A stretch of DNA of 64,000 nt, taken from IMG/VR virus record IMGVR_UViG_2974533383_000001, positions 3,593-67,592 of that record. The stretch is one strand, 5' to 3'. This document shows, one piece after another, positions 62,796 through 64,000 of the stretch. Under the pieces are notes generated by a model that was not told where the DNA came from, did not search any database, and saw only the letters and a program-made list of their open reading frames with translations. The DNA comes from a virus (lineage: Duplodnaviria; Caudoviricetes). Position 1 is the stretch's first letter; each line of letters begins with the position of its first letter. A program made the translations under genes and the position numbers.

Positions 62796-62890
62796 GGTGA
62801 GCGCCTATCTGTGGTGGGTGGGGGTGGGTCGGTTACCCGACCCTGTGAGCAGGGGAAGCCCCGGACCAGCGCCCGAGACTTCCCCATCCC

Positions 62891-62977
62891 ACAGGGGAGA
62901 GAGAGAGAGAGACATAGAGAGGGATAGGGAGAGGGGGAGGGGGAGAGGGAGACCCCCCACTGAGGGGAGGTCTCCCT
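62891..62977. repeat. purine/pyrimidine-skewed tract with GA microsatellite, G-runs and a hairpin
   Basis: (GA)n at about 62896-62912; five G>=3 runs at 62921-62949; stem AGGGAGACC / GGTCTCCCT. Confidence 0.8.
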
Positions 62978-62988
62978 ACTGTGAGTTC

Positions 62989-63750
62989 CTAGGCGATAAG
63001 TTCCTCCAGTTCGGCGGCGATGGTGGCGGCCGCCCCGTTGAATGTGTTGACGTCGGACTCGGTGATGATTCCCCCACCCTTGACGTAGATATCCAAGGCG
63101 GACTTTGCCCGGGCCATGAAAGCGAGGATATCGGCGAACGTCATAGCGTCATCGTCGGCGGGGGTGGGGTCGGTTACCCGACCCTCAGATTCCTCAGTGT
63201 CGGCCGATTCCTCAGTGTCCTTGGCGTCCTTGGCCGCTTTACTGGCCGCTTTCCGTGCCTTGGCCTGTTCTTTGTTGTACGCCTCGAAAGCGTCATTGAC
63301 TACGGTCCGGTCATCGTCGGCGGGTGGGGTGGTCCGTTCCTCCATGCCAGCTTTGGCCAGTGCCACTCCTGCCTGCAGGTAGGGGCGGAGCGTGTTCTTT
63401 TTGGTGGCGACCTTTTTGTTTTCTGCCGCGTTGCCGTAGTCCGCGCTGTAGAGGATCTTTGTGGCGTCAGCCAAGTTGGCTTCACCCTTGAACGGGTGGA
63501 CCATGGCGGCGGCGTAGGCCACACGAGAGAGGATGACGCGGGTGGATTCAAAGGCCAGCTTGGCCGCCTTGAAAGCGTCATCGGCGGACGTGTGCTCGAT
63601 GGTGCCAGCGGCCCAACGTGCCCGGAGGTCGCGGATTACGTTGGCTTCATCGGTGGCCAGCGCAGCCTTATCGGCGGCAGTGAGAGCGCGGCCCTTGACT
63701 TTGGGCGTAGCGGTGGCAGGAGTGGCGGGGGTAGCGGTGGCTGTTGCCAT
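62989..63750 (-). CDS. Ala/Lys-rich hypothetical protein, first gene of the early arm (253 aa)
   Basis: RBS AAAAGGA; MATATATPATPATATPK...; contains a repeat copy in frame. Confidence 0.75.
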   Translation of the reverse strand: MATATATPATPATATPKVKGRALTAADKAALATDEANVIRDLRARWAAGTIEHTSADDAFKAAKLAFESTRVILSRVAYAAAMVHPFKGEANLADATKILYSADYGNAAENKKVATKKNTLRPYLQAGVALAKAGMEERTTPPADDDRTVVNDAFEAYNKEQAKARKAASKAAKDAKDTEESADTEESEGRVTDPTPADDDAMTFADILAFMARAKSALDIYVKGGGIITESDVNTFNGAAATIAAELEELIA

Positions 63751-63811
63751 GGGAATCACGGTTCCTTTTCGTCGGCGTCCCGTTCGGCGTATCCGTTCGG
63801 CGACAAACACA

Positions 63812-63840
63812 AATCTTCCACGTCCAGATTCAAAAGTCAA
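63812..63840 (-). promoter_or_regulatory. SigA-like promoter (non-canonical -10)
   Basis: TTGACT-17 nt-AAGATT with TG extension; downstream TTGTGTT also follows the 61547 promoter. Confidence 0.55.
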
Positions 63841-64000
63841 ATTGAGTACAGATTCACCCCGTATCCCGTGACGTGGCGCGGTTTATTGAGTGTCCGGACG
63901 ATTCCATGAGGGAGCCCGATTCCCGCGTTTTTGGGCAGGGTCGGGTGACCGACCCCCGTACCCAGTGACAACGGCCGGCATGGCCCGGTTGCATAGCGGT

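Larger units (their letters stand above)
11269..63955. repeat. dispersed 18-bp inverted-repeat element GGGTCGG-N4-CCGACCC, 28 copies counted
   Basis: copies start at 11269, 13484, 21798, 32789, 34627, 38494 (one mismatch), 40799, 44453, 47572, 48628, 51349, 51809, 53428, 54768, 56590, 57661, 58500, 59919, 60430, 61179, 61473, 61899, 62054, 62514, 62548, 62826, 63167, 63938; manual count, may be incomplete. Confidence 0.97.

Noticed and set aside
32816-63750. Integrase, immunity repressor or attP (temperate lifestyle)
   Set aside because: I recognised no tyrosine or serine recombinase motifs and no divergent cI/cro pair. The window may not be the complete genome, so absence is not proven.

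Overview
The window is most of the genome of a high-GC tailed siphophage, apparently an actinobacteriophage. The host and taxon are inferred from gene content and RBS style, not established. It has two convergent arms that meet at a bidirectional terminator at 32711-32751. The rightward arm (about 380-32680) holds a ParB-like/RHH/HTH cluster, terminase, portal, a MuF + 2H-phosphoesterase + maturation-protease fusion, two capsid proteins, a major tail protein with a PKD domain, an amidase endolysin, neck genes, a -1 frameshifted tail chaperone, a tape measure, minor tail genes, a 2075-aa modular fibre and a holin-like membrane cluster. The leftward arm (32816-63750) holds RusA-like, HicA-like, Cas4-like, Rad52-like, MazG-like, HNH, primase-helicase, replication-initiator and SSB genes, plus about 45 small unknown genes driven by SigA-type promoters. 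I saw no integrase, DNA polymerase, tRNA or CRISPR array. The most striking unexplained structure is a dispersed 18-bp element, GGGTCGG-N4-CCGACCC, of which I counted 28 copies by eye. Its 4-nt loop is polarised with transcription and is mostly a GNRA tetraloop on the sense strand. Its stem is often extended by flanking complementarity, and 18 copies sit 15-43 nt upstream of a start codon. Coordinates and counts were made manually. Several starts were moved from the ORF track to the RBS-supported codon.
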